A stretch of 64,000 nt of DNA from NCBI GenBank assembly GCA_040954595.2, contig CM082578.2, positions 2,338,831 through 2,402,830 on the forward strand. Reading direction: 5' to 3'. Made by a program: the position numbers and the translations under genes. Below are positions 38,864 through 51,240 of the stretch, one piece after another. The notes beneath the pieces are model-generated. The model was not told the origin of the DNA. It worked only from the letters and a program-made list of their open reading frames with translations, and made no database searches. The stretch comes from Balanoglossus misakiensis (taxonomy: Eukaryota > Animalia > Hemichordata). How positions within the stretch are numbered: position 1 is the stretch's first letter; each line of letters starts with the position of its first letter.

Positions 38864-38991
38864 TAAGTTGTAGGTGAAAAACAGCTTGAATTTGTGAACA
38901 TAATCTTTATCCAGCATTTTACACAACCACTTGAGACGAAGTGCATGCACTTTGTCTTGAATATTTGTGACTTTAAGTCCCCCATCTTGAA
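37124..38991 (-). mobile_element. Tx1 copy 2 (same family), 5'-truncated, with poly(A) tail and internal L2 insertion
   Basis: T-rich tail on the plus strand at 37128-37145. zf-RVT region SPTCDFC...EDVYHL...C. 38860-38991 is nearly identical to 30210-30341 of copy 1. Confidence 0.85.
38118..38860 (+). mobile_element. L2-clade LINE 3' fragment
   Basis: VHAFITSQLDYCNSLL, LQNAAARLV, HITPVLIDLHWLPV, GQRAFSVCAPALWNSLP, FKRRLKTHLF; short stem-loop and (ATT)n tail. Confidence 0.92.
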
Positions 38992-40098
38992 TCTACTGTT
39001 TTTTTTCTGCCTGAACCATTTAATGCCAAACCATAACAATATACATAATATTTAAAAGCAATTTTAATAAAGAAAACTAAAGCCAAACAAATATGCAGTA
39101 CAACGCAAATTACTGGTACCTTTGTGGAATGACAGTTCTAGGTTATGTAAAGAATTAAAATTCTGACATACAAAGACAAAGATAAAGACTTCAGAGCAGA
39201 CAGAGAATTGGAGGACAAAATGGTGAGGATGTAGAGAACGGGAGGTATTCCTCCAGCTAACCTGTCCAGTGGGAAGTGAATGATGTGATGACATTTAAGA
39301 TATGTACGTCTAAAATGTCTACGCATGACTGCAGTACTGAAGATTGACAAATATGACATTTGATGAAATTTTCTAGAGATACGAATACTTCGAATACGAA
39401 TTCTAGAGATACAAATCTTACAGAGGTACAGTTGTGCTTAGACTCAGAGACATTTGACAGTTTCTTGTCATTTAATTGCTGAAAAGGTTACCGTTTCCGC
39501 TTACTGTGTACAGTTCTGCTGTACATTTAAACCGGACGATTTGTCGCGAGATGGCGCTCTCTGCCAGCTTGCAGGCGGGCAGAGTCTGTCAAAACCGCAA
39601 TCAGTGAATTGTTTGGTCTTCTGTGGAGTAGTTTTGAAAGAGATGAATGGAAAAATACAGATACTACACTGCACATTTATCTAAATTCCATCTGACCCAA
39701 ACAGACGAGACACTCTTCCAATACAAACGTGACTAAAGTTACACTCTATTCAAAATTTTAACATCAAATTCTTTAATTAATTCATTGAATAGAACTATTA
39801 GATACTATGCATTTCTAGGTTTGGTTGTCAAACGTTTTGCCCCAAACATATAGGTGTGCTTGGGTCCATTCCATCCTGTCAATACTACAAGGTCAAGCAG
39901 TATCACTTATTTAATCTCCGTTTGAAATCCCAAAGACTCAGCGCAGGCCTCTCAACTTTTACAATGTTGTTTTACAGAAAATATATAATTCTTGGTTGCT
40001 GAAAAATATTGTTTAAATGTGATTGGAACAGAAATACCACAAAACAGTGGTGCCATTTTCTTTGTGTTTTGTTTTGCTTTTGTCCTTTGCGTGTGTGT

Positions 40099-41073
40099 TT
40101 AGTGGTTTTTATAAAACCATCTCCGAATCACTGCCATTCCTGGGAATGAAAAGCTGAAATTCGCCTTGTATCTTCTGACGGCGTTCTCGGGATTTTGAAG
40201 TTTTGCGTGAAGTTGGTCATCAGTAGTAATTTCTTCTGCTGCATTCTCACCTGTTGCGTGTTGTCTCCCATTCGATGGTTTGTTGTTTGCTGTTGGTTTG
40301 GTAGTAGCCACCCTACAACTGTCCATATCCTTATTCAATTTGCTTATCTTTGCGTTGACTTCTCTTACGCTTTTCCTTGTTTTTTATTTGTATGGCGCGA
40401 ATGTCCACCCTTACTTTCTTGAATGTTTTTAAGAAATCCTGGCATTGAGAAGTCACTTTCCTCCAGTTCATCAAGATTTTCTAAACGAGCATTAACACTC
40501 TCCTTTAGTCCGGCGAATTCTTCGCAATATCGGTTTGCAGTTCGACCACTTTTTCCACGGTGTCAACAACCTCGGCCTGCAGTCTAACTATATAGTCGGC
40601 CATCGATAGATGTGATCTTTGCGATGACCTCGCAAGGGTAAATAATGATGTTAACGATCATATCGAACCAGAAAGCGACAAAATTGCGACAGCGAGTAAC
40701 GATGGCAACAGGGAGTTCGGCGATCATTTGGCACACAGCGATAGCAGAGCCAATAAGTGGGAGGCTTGGCACAAAACATCTCGGTACAGTTGCAACAGAA
40801 TTCGGATTGTCTGGTAGAGTTTCCCCTCCATAAATCAAATGTTTCAAGATCCAGATCGGTATGTATACAGGCATGAAGACGAAGAAGACGGTCCACATAA
40901 CAAAGGTGACATAGGCATTCCAAGCATCTTTGAGAACGCCGTGAACGTATCGCCAAAATGCAACAATCGAAAAGTAATAGTGTTCAAAAATTCTCAAAAG
41001 TGTGCCGATGACTGGTAAGACAGACAGTACACTGTATACGATACTTACACAGTGTGTCACCAGTGATATCATC
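40099..41073 (-). pseudogene. Degraded intronless ORF: hydrophobic N-terminal helices plus coiled-coil-like C-terminus; function unknown
   Basis: ORF 40584-41231 contains several hydrophobic segments. Shifted frames continue as MADYIVRLQAEVVDTVEKVVELQTD...LKESVNARLENLDELEE and then ORF 40099-40338. Confidence 0.3.
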
Positions 41074-41999
41074 AGAGTTGTTATGCCATTTTGATTAGTT
41101 TTCACTCGCAGTGATACAAAATATATTGTTCGAATGGAAAGGCTGAACGAATGCTGCTTGACAATGGTACTATGACACCGAACGCTCAAGTGTGAGTTCA
41201 AGAGAGGTGTAGTTATGCGATCAGTACGCATTCAGAACGTCTTTATCACGTGGTAACAATACATTGTGTACATGCAGAGTTAGTCTGGCGAGTTACACGA
41301 GGCAACTCGGTAGGCAACTCGCTGGAGAACAGGTCAGGCGACGTCACCTCAAAATCCGTCATGTCGTTGTTTTTTTTCGACGAGTTGTCTGACGCGCAAG
41401 CGGTTGCCCCGCTTTACCAGGATTCCCTGGAATGCGCGTGTGTCCAGTCCAGAGACGCGACGCGAGTCTCCAGGTCAGAACGTTCTTGCAAGCTGGGACT
41501 ACTCATATCTTACGGGCCTGTAAGGTATATTCGTCTCAGTTGCAAGCGACCGGGAGAAATTACTGCCTGATCCGGGAACTTTATGGAACTCTTGGCATGT
41601 ACACATGATGTCACTTTCAAACAATCACGGCGAAGAGTCTAGGTGAGTGGGGGTGTGTGTGTGTGTGTGTACGCGCGCGTATTATCCGGGATCAAGGATC
41701 CGAAAAAAATCGCTACATTTTGTCAGCTTCAGGTGCAAGTGAAATTGTCAAACGTCGGCAGTGGGAAATTGTTTGAAAAAACACGTTCAAGAACAACACT
41801 GTATCCTTTATTTATCATCATTTCAATTATTTAAATGAGTGTCAAACTGTCCACTCAAATATACTTCTGCATTTAGCTATATGGTAGATAAACTTTTCTG
41901 TCGATTAACGGCCCTGGGTGGTTAATTAGCTCCACATGTACACCATACAATGTAGCCATTTTCTGTATAACGGCCCTGGGCGAACTCTCAGTAAACCCT

Positions 42000-43147
42000 G
42001 GTAAGAAAACGTTTTATGCTTGACCAATAAGAGAGAAAATTTATGGATCATTGTATAGTAAGGGTGCAATAAACTGCGGTAAATTTCCGACTTTTTCGAG
42101 TATACATCGTGATGGCGAGGGTTCATGAAGGCTATAGGCTTCTACCTGAAGGTGTCAACTGATGTTGGTTCGAGACCACTTTTTTTCTATTTCTTTTTTC
42201 TGTGAGAACTTTTAACAACATTATCATTGTAATTTTTTTCATTTTCATAAATCCAGTTCATTTCAATATCTACGCTGCGTTTTTTATCTGTCGGGTATAT
42301 GAAACATGCAGGGAAACTTGGTGATTTTTTTTGTCGCGGTTCACTTGGGCAAGTCCGAATACGGAGTGCTCAGGAGAGAGAAAGATAAACTCGCTAAAAC
42401 CGTGTCTTTCTGTCCGCATGACCAACCAAGGAGAGAATAAGTCGTTATTGGGCCGTAATAAAACGTTTTTGTCGCTGAGGAGTGAATAAAGAACGGTCAG
42501 ACCGCAATTCGCCGCGTTGCGGGGCAGGGAACTCTAATTAGCCCCGCTACAGGAAAAATACTGAATGGTCGGACCGAAATCTGCCTCGTTACGGGATGAA
42601 TGCGGAATGGTCGGGCCGTCATTTGCCTCGGACCGTAATAAAAACAGTTTTACTTTAATAAGAAAACCGTTTATGCGTGACCAATAAGAGAGAAAATTTA
42701 TAGATCATTGTAGTTATGGTGCAATAAACTGCGGTAAATTTCCGGATTTTTCGAGTATACATCGTGATGGCGATGGGTTCATGAAGGCTATAGGCTTCTA
42801 CCTGAAGGTGTCAACTGATGTTGGTTCGAGACCACTTTTTTCTATTTCTTTTTTTTGTGAGAACTTTTAACGACATTATCATTGTAATTTTTATCATTTT
42901 CATAAACCCAGTTCATTTCAATATCTACGCTGCGTTTTTTATCTGTCGGGTATAAAAACATGCAGGGAAACTTGGTGATTGTTTTTTGTCGCGGTTCACT
43001 TGGGCAAGTCTGAATACGGAGTGCTCAGGAGAGAGAAAGATAAACTCGCTAAAACCGTGTCTTTCCGTCCGCATGACCAACCAAGGAGCGAATAAGTCGT
43101 TATTGGGCCGTAATAAAACGTTTTTGTCGCCGAGGAGCGAATAAAGA
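42000..43147 (+). repeat. Two diverged, inverted copies (~660-bp unit) of the 29-37 kb repeat
   Basis: Cassette ACATCGTGATGGCG...GGTTCGAGACCAC-Tn at 42104-42179 and 42759-42835, followed by the same downstream sequence. Confidence 0.92.
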
Positions 43148-43229
43148 AGCAAGTACATGTAACAGTGGCGATAGACTAAAAGGGTACACACAAGGAAAGT
43201 GATATTTAAACTATTAATCATAATTTCAG

Positions 43230-43388
43230 GTGATGATGTCAGAGCCTATTCTTTCTCGTCATGCAGCTACTGAATATGAGGTTAGGTTTTCTGATCTCCA
43301 TCTGGAATCTGGCGTACGCTATTATGCAAATGTTTTGACTTACACTCATTTGGGACTTTATACAAGTGCTTCGTCAGATGGCCTTCTG
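43230..43388 (+). pseudogene. Exon of a large extracellular FN3/Ig-like repeat protein (frameshifted)
   Basis: TTTCAG|GT GAT GAT GTC (DDV), then after a shift LHLESGVRYYANVLTYTHLGLYTSASSDGLL|GTAAGT. This resembles the 'L..G..YY..V...GL....SDG' repeats of giant invertebrate proteins. Confidence 0.6.
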
Positions 43389-43396
43389 GTAAGTGA

Positions 43397-43449
43397 ATCA
43401 TCATTATCATCATCATCATCATCACCGACAAAAAACAGAAACCACCACC

Positions 43450-43509
<60 letters not shown>

Positions 43510-43520
43510 TACAACAGCAA
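43397..43520. repeat. (ATC)n, (CAC)n and (CAA)n microsatellites
   Basis: Directly visible; intronic. Confidence 0.95.
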
Positions 43521-43841
43521 TATACCATCCACTTGCATCTGGTAAATCTAACGTTGTTGATATTTCCCCCATTACGTACACAGAAACTCTGGTGTCATTA
43601 AGGGTTCATTACTTGTGACTTTCATTTTTTTCAGTATTCTCATTCTGTTTGTCAACCGTTGTTTGTAGATCGGCTGTCTGAGGCTGGGTTAAATGGTTAC
43701 AAATTTTATTCTAGTCCGGACACGAATGCGTTCGTCAACAAAATCAGCAAGGGGTATACATGTGAGCAGGTCGTGTCGGGATACTATAGCGAGGAGAACA
43801 AGAAAATGTAGTAAATACACAGAGCATCTATCTATCTATAG

Positions 43842-44947
43842 GGGGCCATTCACTTTTTACGGCCGGGGGGGGGGCAAGTTTATGTCATCGGTTTTCAAAA
43901 TCAGGCCGACCCCCCCCCCTTCACCCAGGACCAAAAAATGATGACCCCCCCCCCTTGACAGACCCAAAAATATGATGACCCCCCCCCCCACACGCCGAAA
44001 ACATTCGCCGTCCTGATCCTATGTACACTATGCAATAAATGGAATGAGGCTCCTCACACCTCAATTATAAATTTCTTAAAGTATTATTGAAGTATATAAT
44101 AGTATATCGTTGCAATAAAGAAATCTATGAACAAATTAAAATGAAAAGTCAATACAATAGTTGCTAGAATTGGTAAAACAAGAAAAGTGGCGGGGGTGGG
44201 TGTTGTTCCCCTCCCACATAAGAAAATTTTGTAAAATACGGTGCTCAAAGTTGCATTTTAATGAACTCAAAAGCAAATTAACTCAATGTTAGGGAGGACA
44301 AATTTAAGCATCGGGGTGGGGTGGCAAGAAGTCTTCCCCGGTACACTATAGACAAACCAGCGAATAAATGCAATGTGGCGAAGAATGGAGGGGGTGGTTG
44401 TGGGAGGGGGACAGAAAATGTTGTAAAATATGTAGCGCAAAGTTGCATTTTGCATGAACTCAAAAGCAAATTATCTCAATGTTTGGGAGGACCAATTTTA
44501 CTGTTTGCCACTCCACTCAAAGTTAGAAGATTTGGCGTCATCTTCGTCATGACATCATTTATAAAACTTCTAGTATATAGAAGATGCAGCGCGAAACTAT
44601 CAGTTATGCGAAATGGTTTAAACGTTTATTCTCCTTTATGTATTTACTTTGTTAAATATTATCATCGGTGGGGTTGGGGTGGCAAACACTCTGCCCAGGT
44701 ACACTAGACAAACCAGCAAAGATCGAAATGTGGCGGAGAATGAAGGGGTGGGTGTGGGAGAAAATTTGGAAAATAAAGGGCGCGAAACTGCAATTTTGTG
44801 GACTCAAAAGCAAAAGTTCGGTGGCAAAAGTATGTGACCCCCCCCCTAAACGTTTAAAAAAAAAAGATGACCCCCCCCTCTTTTGGACTTCAAAATTTAA
44901 GTGACCCCCCCCCCCCCCACCCTTGGCCGTAAAAACTGAACGGTCCC
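43842..44947. mobile_element. PIF/Harbinger-like MITE
   Basis: TIR GGGGCCATTCACTTTTTACGGCC / GGCCGTAAAAACTGAACGGTCCC; TAG duplication at 43839-41 and 44948-50. Confidence 0.8.
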
Positions 44948-44950
44948 TAG

Positions 44951-45410
44951 GCACTAAGGTGTACTCAACGGTTATTGCTGTTGACGCAGGCGGACTGGAA
45001 TCGGAACCCTCTTCATCTAATGGATTCGTCATAGACACAACAAGTCCACCTGAAGCGTTACAGAAATTCAACTTCAGTGATAACGTACTTTATAACCCAT
45101 CTTTTGATGAATCTGGCAATGCAAATAACACTTTGCCTTTCGACGTTGACGATTGCGTACTACAGGGCGCCCCCAAGCACTGGACGGTGGATGGAAAAGC
45201 ACACGCGGCCACATGCCATTACAAAGTGGCCAAACATGGCGATTCTTTCGCGATGCTCTTTCAATTGGTGAAATTACCCAAACTTTCAACACAACTGCCG
45301 GAGAGAAATATAGCATGCGGTTCTATGCAAGCCACATTCCTCGATCAAGTACACCAGCCTTAAACCAGGAAGGCTTTATGAGAGTGACTCGTGTGAATCA
45401 AGTCTTCAAT
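44951..45410 (+). pseudogene. Second exon of the same extracellular protein (repeat plus galactose-binding-like domain), frameshifted
   Basis: TKVYSTVIAVDAGGLESEPSSSNGFVIDTTSPP, NVLYNPSFD, then shifted GEITQTFNTTAGEKYSMRFYASH. Confidence 0.6.
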
Positions 45411-46469
45411 TAAACTCTATCAACGAAAAGGTGGATTTGATCATGACAGCGACTGCGGGATTTTTCACGAACAAAAATAATTCCTAGCACCTGGTCACGC
45501 AAATATTCAAATAACGAAGCCAAAAGATAGGTAGACCTAGTCACATGAACAATAGCTAACTTACCCTTCTTAACACTGTTAATTAAATGATAAAAAGTTT
45601 GATGAGTATAATTACAAATTAATTCGTAATATTTTACCTAACGGCGTGCTGCTTTACCGTTGGAAAATGTGTGAGATTGACAAATGCTATATTTGAAACG
45701 TTGCCAAGATGTGTCTATCATGCTTAATATGTGTCATGATTATTTTGTAATAAAAGAAGGTTCGTAAATTCATACAAAAATAGTCACTCTATCTGAAATG
45801 CAGCCTTCTCTGGGAGGTGCACATCATTTGGTTTGGTCATTTTTTATGATCTGTTCGCTGGACATGACCAATGGTTGGTGTTACGTGTCTACACAAGGCT
45901 TCACCTGAAAGTTTCATATTTTTGACGAAGGCCTACCGGAACTTCCTTAAAAGTACCTTTAATTGCTGGCGTACAATTCATAATCAACTGAAAAACTATA
46001 AATGACATGTTCCTTGAAAATATGACAGAAAACCGCTGCATTAAATGTTGCGTGCAATGGGGTCTACAAGCCAGAAGAACACCTTCAATTTTCGACAAGT
46101 CACTCTCCATGACCGATGACGTATGTTCACATGAAGCTGCTGTCATTTTAAAGATTGAAGCTGCTTTACGGTTGCAGCGGTAGCATGTACAGACTTAATT
46201 GGCATGTCAGTTGAATTCCTCCTTTGTGAAGGAGTTGGGGGTGGGGGGGGGGGGTGGATCCTGCTCGGGTTGCAAGCATTGTATTGGACAAATGCAAAGA
46301 ATAAAGAAGTTTCGTATCAAGGAAGAGCTGTAAAACAGAAAATCTTCTACCATGATCGTACAATGAACAACAGGAATTTTTTTACAAAGCTTGTTAAATT
46401 GTAGAACAACTTTACATGTGACTTTGAGCTTAAACCACAGAACTTAAACAAGAGTCTTGGCTGGCGAAG

Positions 46470-47400
46470 ATGGTTGCATCCGTTTCCTACCGAAGTTGTC
46501 AATTTGGAAACAAGGCGTAGATGGCAAAAACACATAAACAGAAAGGATCATGGGAAGGGGAATGATTGGACACCAAGATAAAAGAAGCCCGTCTACTGAA
46601 CAAACTTGGCTACAATGATAGAAGCGGGAAAACCGTTTCGTGTTGAAAACCACCAGTGTTAAAGGTCTTCACAGCACGATTCCCGCTGTCAACGAATCTG
46701 GTGATCAGCAATGCGGTAAGGATGACAATGCCACCCTACTAGCCTCAAACACATACCCGATTGATAGTGCTGAAATGCCTGTAACCGATTCTCCTATATT
46801 CGATGGCCATTCTGTCAGTAAATGTGAGCAAACACGGCCATTAATGAGGCCTATTGTTATTACGATTTTGAAAATCCTGATCTGATGCTGGGAAAGTGCA
46901 AGAGGGAAATTGAAATTGGGAATTAAGACAACATTCATGTGAGTAATCTTAGATGAGAAGTCAGAATTCATGAAAAGAAATTGTTGAAAAAGGAAAGGCA
47001 TCCTCAGATTTATTCACACGAATTTAATTATCGATTGAAGAAAGTTAAAGCTTTCCGCAAGGTTGCCAAATCGCAAACCGTTTGACTTTTATTTGATAGC
47101 TATGTTAAAGGACAAATGGCCAAAACTAACTTATTGGCATATGGGCCCTGAAAAAAAAAACATTATCAGGGGTTGGCAGGTTTCAACGAAAGCCAAACAA
47201 TTTAAGGACCACTCCATATCTTGGGGCCCAAAGATGAATACTTCATGACCCTGATGAAATTACGACCGGGAAGTGCTAAATGTAGATTTAGCTGTCCGTT
47301 TCGGTATAAGTGTCCTTTCTGTGAGCAAAATAATAAACACATGGGTACGGTTTCTATCCAAATAAATAAATAATCCCCATGCAAAGAAATACCAGTTCAA
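46470..47400 (+). pseudogene. Decayed THAP + ISL2EU/Harbinger-type transposase N-terminus
   Basis: LHPFPTE...RRRWQKHINRKD...WTP (THAP-like) and EYFMTLMKLR.G...DLAVRFGIS..SVSKIINTWVRFL (HTH of DDE_Tnp_4 type); many stops. Confidence 0.65.
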
Positions 47401-47810
47401 CATTTGCCCATCATATTGCAAACGCTAACTAATAGAAATATCTGCAGACACATCGTACCCAGTATTTACAGGGCAAATGGGGGAGGGGTTAAATTACAGA
47501 ACAACGAACCTGTAATCACAGAACGGACAGTACGAAGTTCTAATAAGGGTATTATAGCAATTCATTAAAATAACAGAGACAGTGAAAGAAAGTTTTGTAG
47601 GTATTGCCACTGAAAAACATTTCTTCACATTCACAAGGACATATCACATTGAGGCTTAAGAATTAATAAGGTTTTTTTTTCATAGCCCCCCTCTTAAAAG
47701 ACTGTCATTTTTTTTTCGCGGACACCCCAAATTTTCATGCACAAATATTAGCCCCTCCTGGAAATCCTCCACCCCCTGGAAGTATTTAGAGGTTATAAAC
47801 GGCTAGCGAG

Positions 47811-49337
47811 AAGACTGTAGCCATTTGGCTTGGACAATGGAGACATAGAACAGATAGGGCGTTTGGGGTCAAATGGCTACCCCCACTATCAAGATTGTTG
47901 AAAATGTGACACAGCGTCGCAATATAGAAACTCCCATTTCAAACCTTAAGAGTGTCCTTAACATGTGGAAAGAAAGGAACTTGACAATCATTGGGAAGAT
48001 TCAATAAAGTCTCTAGCCATTTCTAAGTTAGTGTATGTTCTTTCACATGGAATCTTTCCCAGTGAGATTATTACTAGAGTTCACAAGATAATTTATCACT
48101 TTCTTTGGAATAGGCATGACAGAGTTGGGAGAAAGATAATGATAGGGGAGGTGGGCCAGGGGGGCCTAAAAATGCCCGACTTAACAGTAATGAAAAAGGT
48201 TCATAGAATCTTATTGATCAAACGTTTGTTAAATGTGGAAGTTAAACACCCATGGAAATATTTTGTCCTTAAGAATCTTGAGCTAATCGGAGGCAATCTT
48301 TTATTCAAGTGTAATGTTTGTACAAATGTTTTGCCAGTACGTTTTTCCAGTTTTATGAAAGAATGTTTTGATATTTGGTTTGAAGTCAATCACATGTCAG
48401 ACGAGGTCGATCAGTTAATATGGAATAATAGAAACATTCTGGTAGGAGGCCACTCTGTTTACTACAAAGACCTCTCTCGAGTAGGTATAAATTATGTTTC
48501 AGGCTTGTTTATTGGTAATATGCGAGTCCCATGGTCTGAACTACATCAGAGAGGTCTTAATTTAAATCATAAGTTGAAGTGGTTGGGTCTGACACTTTCA
48601 AAACCAGAGGTTCTCAAGAACCGGAATGTTTCTCAAACTTTAAACGATGTCTGTATTTCTGTAAATAACAACACTCTTATTTTGGAGTCATTGACAAAAA
48701 AATGTCTGAAGAAAAACATTATCGATTAAATTGTTGATGAACCGAAAAGTCAAGCAACTTTAGAAAAAGCCACAAATATGTTTGATTTAAAGTGTATTCC
48801 ATTTTAATTTACTCCACAACATTCTTTATACAAACAAACAGTTGAATAAGTTTAATCCACAGAAGTTTCCATCTCCATATTGTACTTTGTGTAATACTGA
48901 AATAGAGTCTCTTGAACATTTGTTTTATTCATGTAAGTGCACCACCGACCTCTGGAGAAATTTACTTTTTATTTTTGGGGGACCACTTAAACTTAATTGT
49001 CCACCTTCGAAACTATGTATGATTTTTGGCGATCCTAAAGAGAAAATTATTGTTAATTTCATAGCTTTGCAAGTGCGTATGTATATTTATAGATGTAAAC
49101 TAGACAACATGTTTTTAGACATCACAAGCTTTATTATGCAGCTTAAAAATGTATATAAAATTGAAGAAAAAATTGCGAGAGCTAATCCCAAAATTGCTGC
49201 ACACATTGGTAAATGGTCACCCCTAATACCTTATGTAACTGCTTGACCATATATTTGGAATTGGAAATGTGTAATTTTTTGTGTTTAATGTATTTGTTCA
49301 CCGTTGTTCGATCCCAATAAAAAAGTTTAAAAAAACA
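47811..49337 (+). mobile_element. 5'-truncated Tx1/L1-clade LINE (different family from the 30-39 kb copies)
   Basis: KTVAIWLG, KSLAISKLVY, GQGGLKMPD, LIWNNRNI, CTLCNTEIESLEHLFYSC; AATAAA + A-tail; 14-bp TSD AAACGGCTAGCGAG at 47797 and 49338. Confidence 0.9.
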
Positions 49338-49508
49338 AAACGGCTAGCGAGGGTATTTGGTTGCTGATCTAAGACCTCTTGGGTGAAAATTAGCATATTT
49401 GGCGGGAAATAATCACCGAGCGAAGCGAGGTGATTATTTCACCCAAATATGCTAATTTTCACCTGAGAGGTCTTATATCCGTACCAAATACCCGAGCGCA
49501 CCGTTTAT

Positions 49509-51240
49509 AGCGAGCGCAGCACGAGCGGCCGAAGGCCGTTAGCGTAGCGAGCACTTTAGATAGCACGTGTACGAGAATGAGGGATTATGGGAAATAGAAT
49601 GTATATCTCTATATACCTACGACTTCGAAAAGTGCGTCCTGTATCTATGGGGGCAGCCATTAATTTTGATCTCTTCCTTAAAACGTAAAACCGATGTCGT
49701 TATTCATCGCAAATCCTACTCAGAAATGTACACCGACCACAAGACCATCAAAGACGTTGGAAAATTAAGTTGGAAAATGAAATTTAGTAGCGTTTATGGG
49801 CACTTTCTGGGCCGTTTTCGAGAGCCCGACGGTCGGCGCCATATTGAATCACGCGAAACCTTAATCACGCGAAACCACGCGAGACTTCGAAATTACTTTA
49901 CGCGTGTAAGGGGCCACCACCAACAACATTTATTCTTTTTGAGCCTAAAACGTTTAACCACAACAAGACTACCACAATGACCTTGTGAGAATGAAACCCA
50001 CCGATAGATAATCTGAAGCTATCAGTGAATGGAACGTCTTTGGCAAAGTATTGCAAAGCCTTCAGTTGACCAAGAGAAAGTTGACGAGGCATGCATGTGG
50101 AAAGTGGAGTGTTGACAATATATACACGCTAGCTTGCTGCGCTCGCACTCAGGTCAAACCTGTTACATATAAGCGTAGCGAGCACTTTAGATAGCGCGTG
50201 TACGAAAATGAGGGATTATGGAAAATAGAACGTACATCTCTATATATCTACGAGTTCGAAAAGTGCGTCCCGTATCTATGGGGGCATCCATTAATTTTGA
50301 TCTCTTCCTTAAAACGTAAAACCAATGTTGTTATTCATCGCAAATCCTACTCAGAAATGTACACCGACCACAAGACCAACAAAGACGGTGGAAAATTAAG
50401 TTGGAAAATGAAATTTAGTGGTGTTTCTGGGCACTTTCTGGGCCGATTTCGAGAGCTCGACGGTCGGCGCCATATTGAATCACGCGAAATCTTAATCACG
50501 CGAAATCACGCGAGACTTCGAAATTACTTTACGCCTGTAACGTAAGGGGCCACCACCAACATTTATTCTTTTTGAGCCTAAACGTTTAACCACAGCAAGA
50601 CTACCCCAAGGACCTTGTGAGAATTCGATAAATATATAATCTGAATCTGGGAAATAGAACGTATATCTCTATATACATGTATCTACGAGTTCGAAAAGTG
50701 CGTCCTGTATCTATGGGGGCATCCATTAATTTTGATCTCTTCCTTAAAACATAAAACCAATGTCCTTATTCATCGCAAATCCTACTCAGAAATGTACACC
50801 GACCACAAGACCATCAAAGACGGTGGAAAATTAAGTTGGAAAATGAAATTTAGTAGCGTTTCTGGGCACTTTCTGGGCCGTTTTCGAGAGCCCGACGGGC
50901 GGCGCCATATTGAATCACGCGAAATCTTAATCACGCAAAATCACGCGAGACTCCGAAATTACTTTACGCATGTAAGGGGCCACCACCAACAACATTTATT
51001 CTTTATGAGCCTAAACGTTTAACTACAACAAGACTACCACAAGGACCTTGTTAGAACGAAACCCACCGATCAAAGATAATCTGAAGCTATCAGAGAATGA
51101 AACGTCTTTGGCAAAGTATTGCAAAGCTTTCAGTTGACCAATAGAAAGTTGACGACGCATGCATGTGGAAAGTAGAGTGTTGACAACATCCACAACACGA
51201 TAGCTTGCTGCGCTCGCACTCAGGTCAAACCTGTTACATA
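49509..51240. repeat. Three tandem copies (~630 bp, two partial) of a Helentron/DINE-like element
   Basis: Repeats start at ~49540, ~50172 and ~50648. Subterminal IR GCGAGCGCAGCA / TGCTGCGCTCGC and hairpin CGGCCGAAGGCCG at one end. Confidence 0.6.

Noticed and set aside
43230-43601. PolyS/polyH/polyQ protein
   Set aside because: The tracts lie after a strong GTAAGT donor at 43389 and are intronic microsatellites.
49567-51022. Three similar ORFs (MYENEGLW...)
   Set aside because: Tandem copies of a non-coding element with non-ATG starts, inconsistent ends and no recognisable domain.
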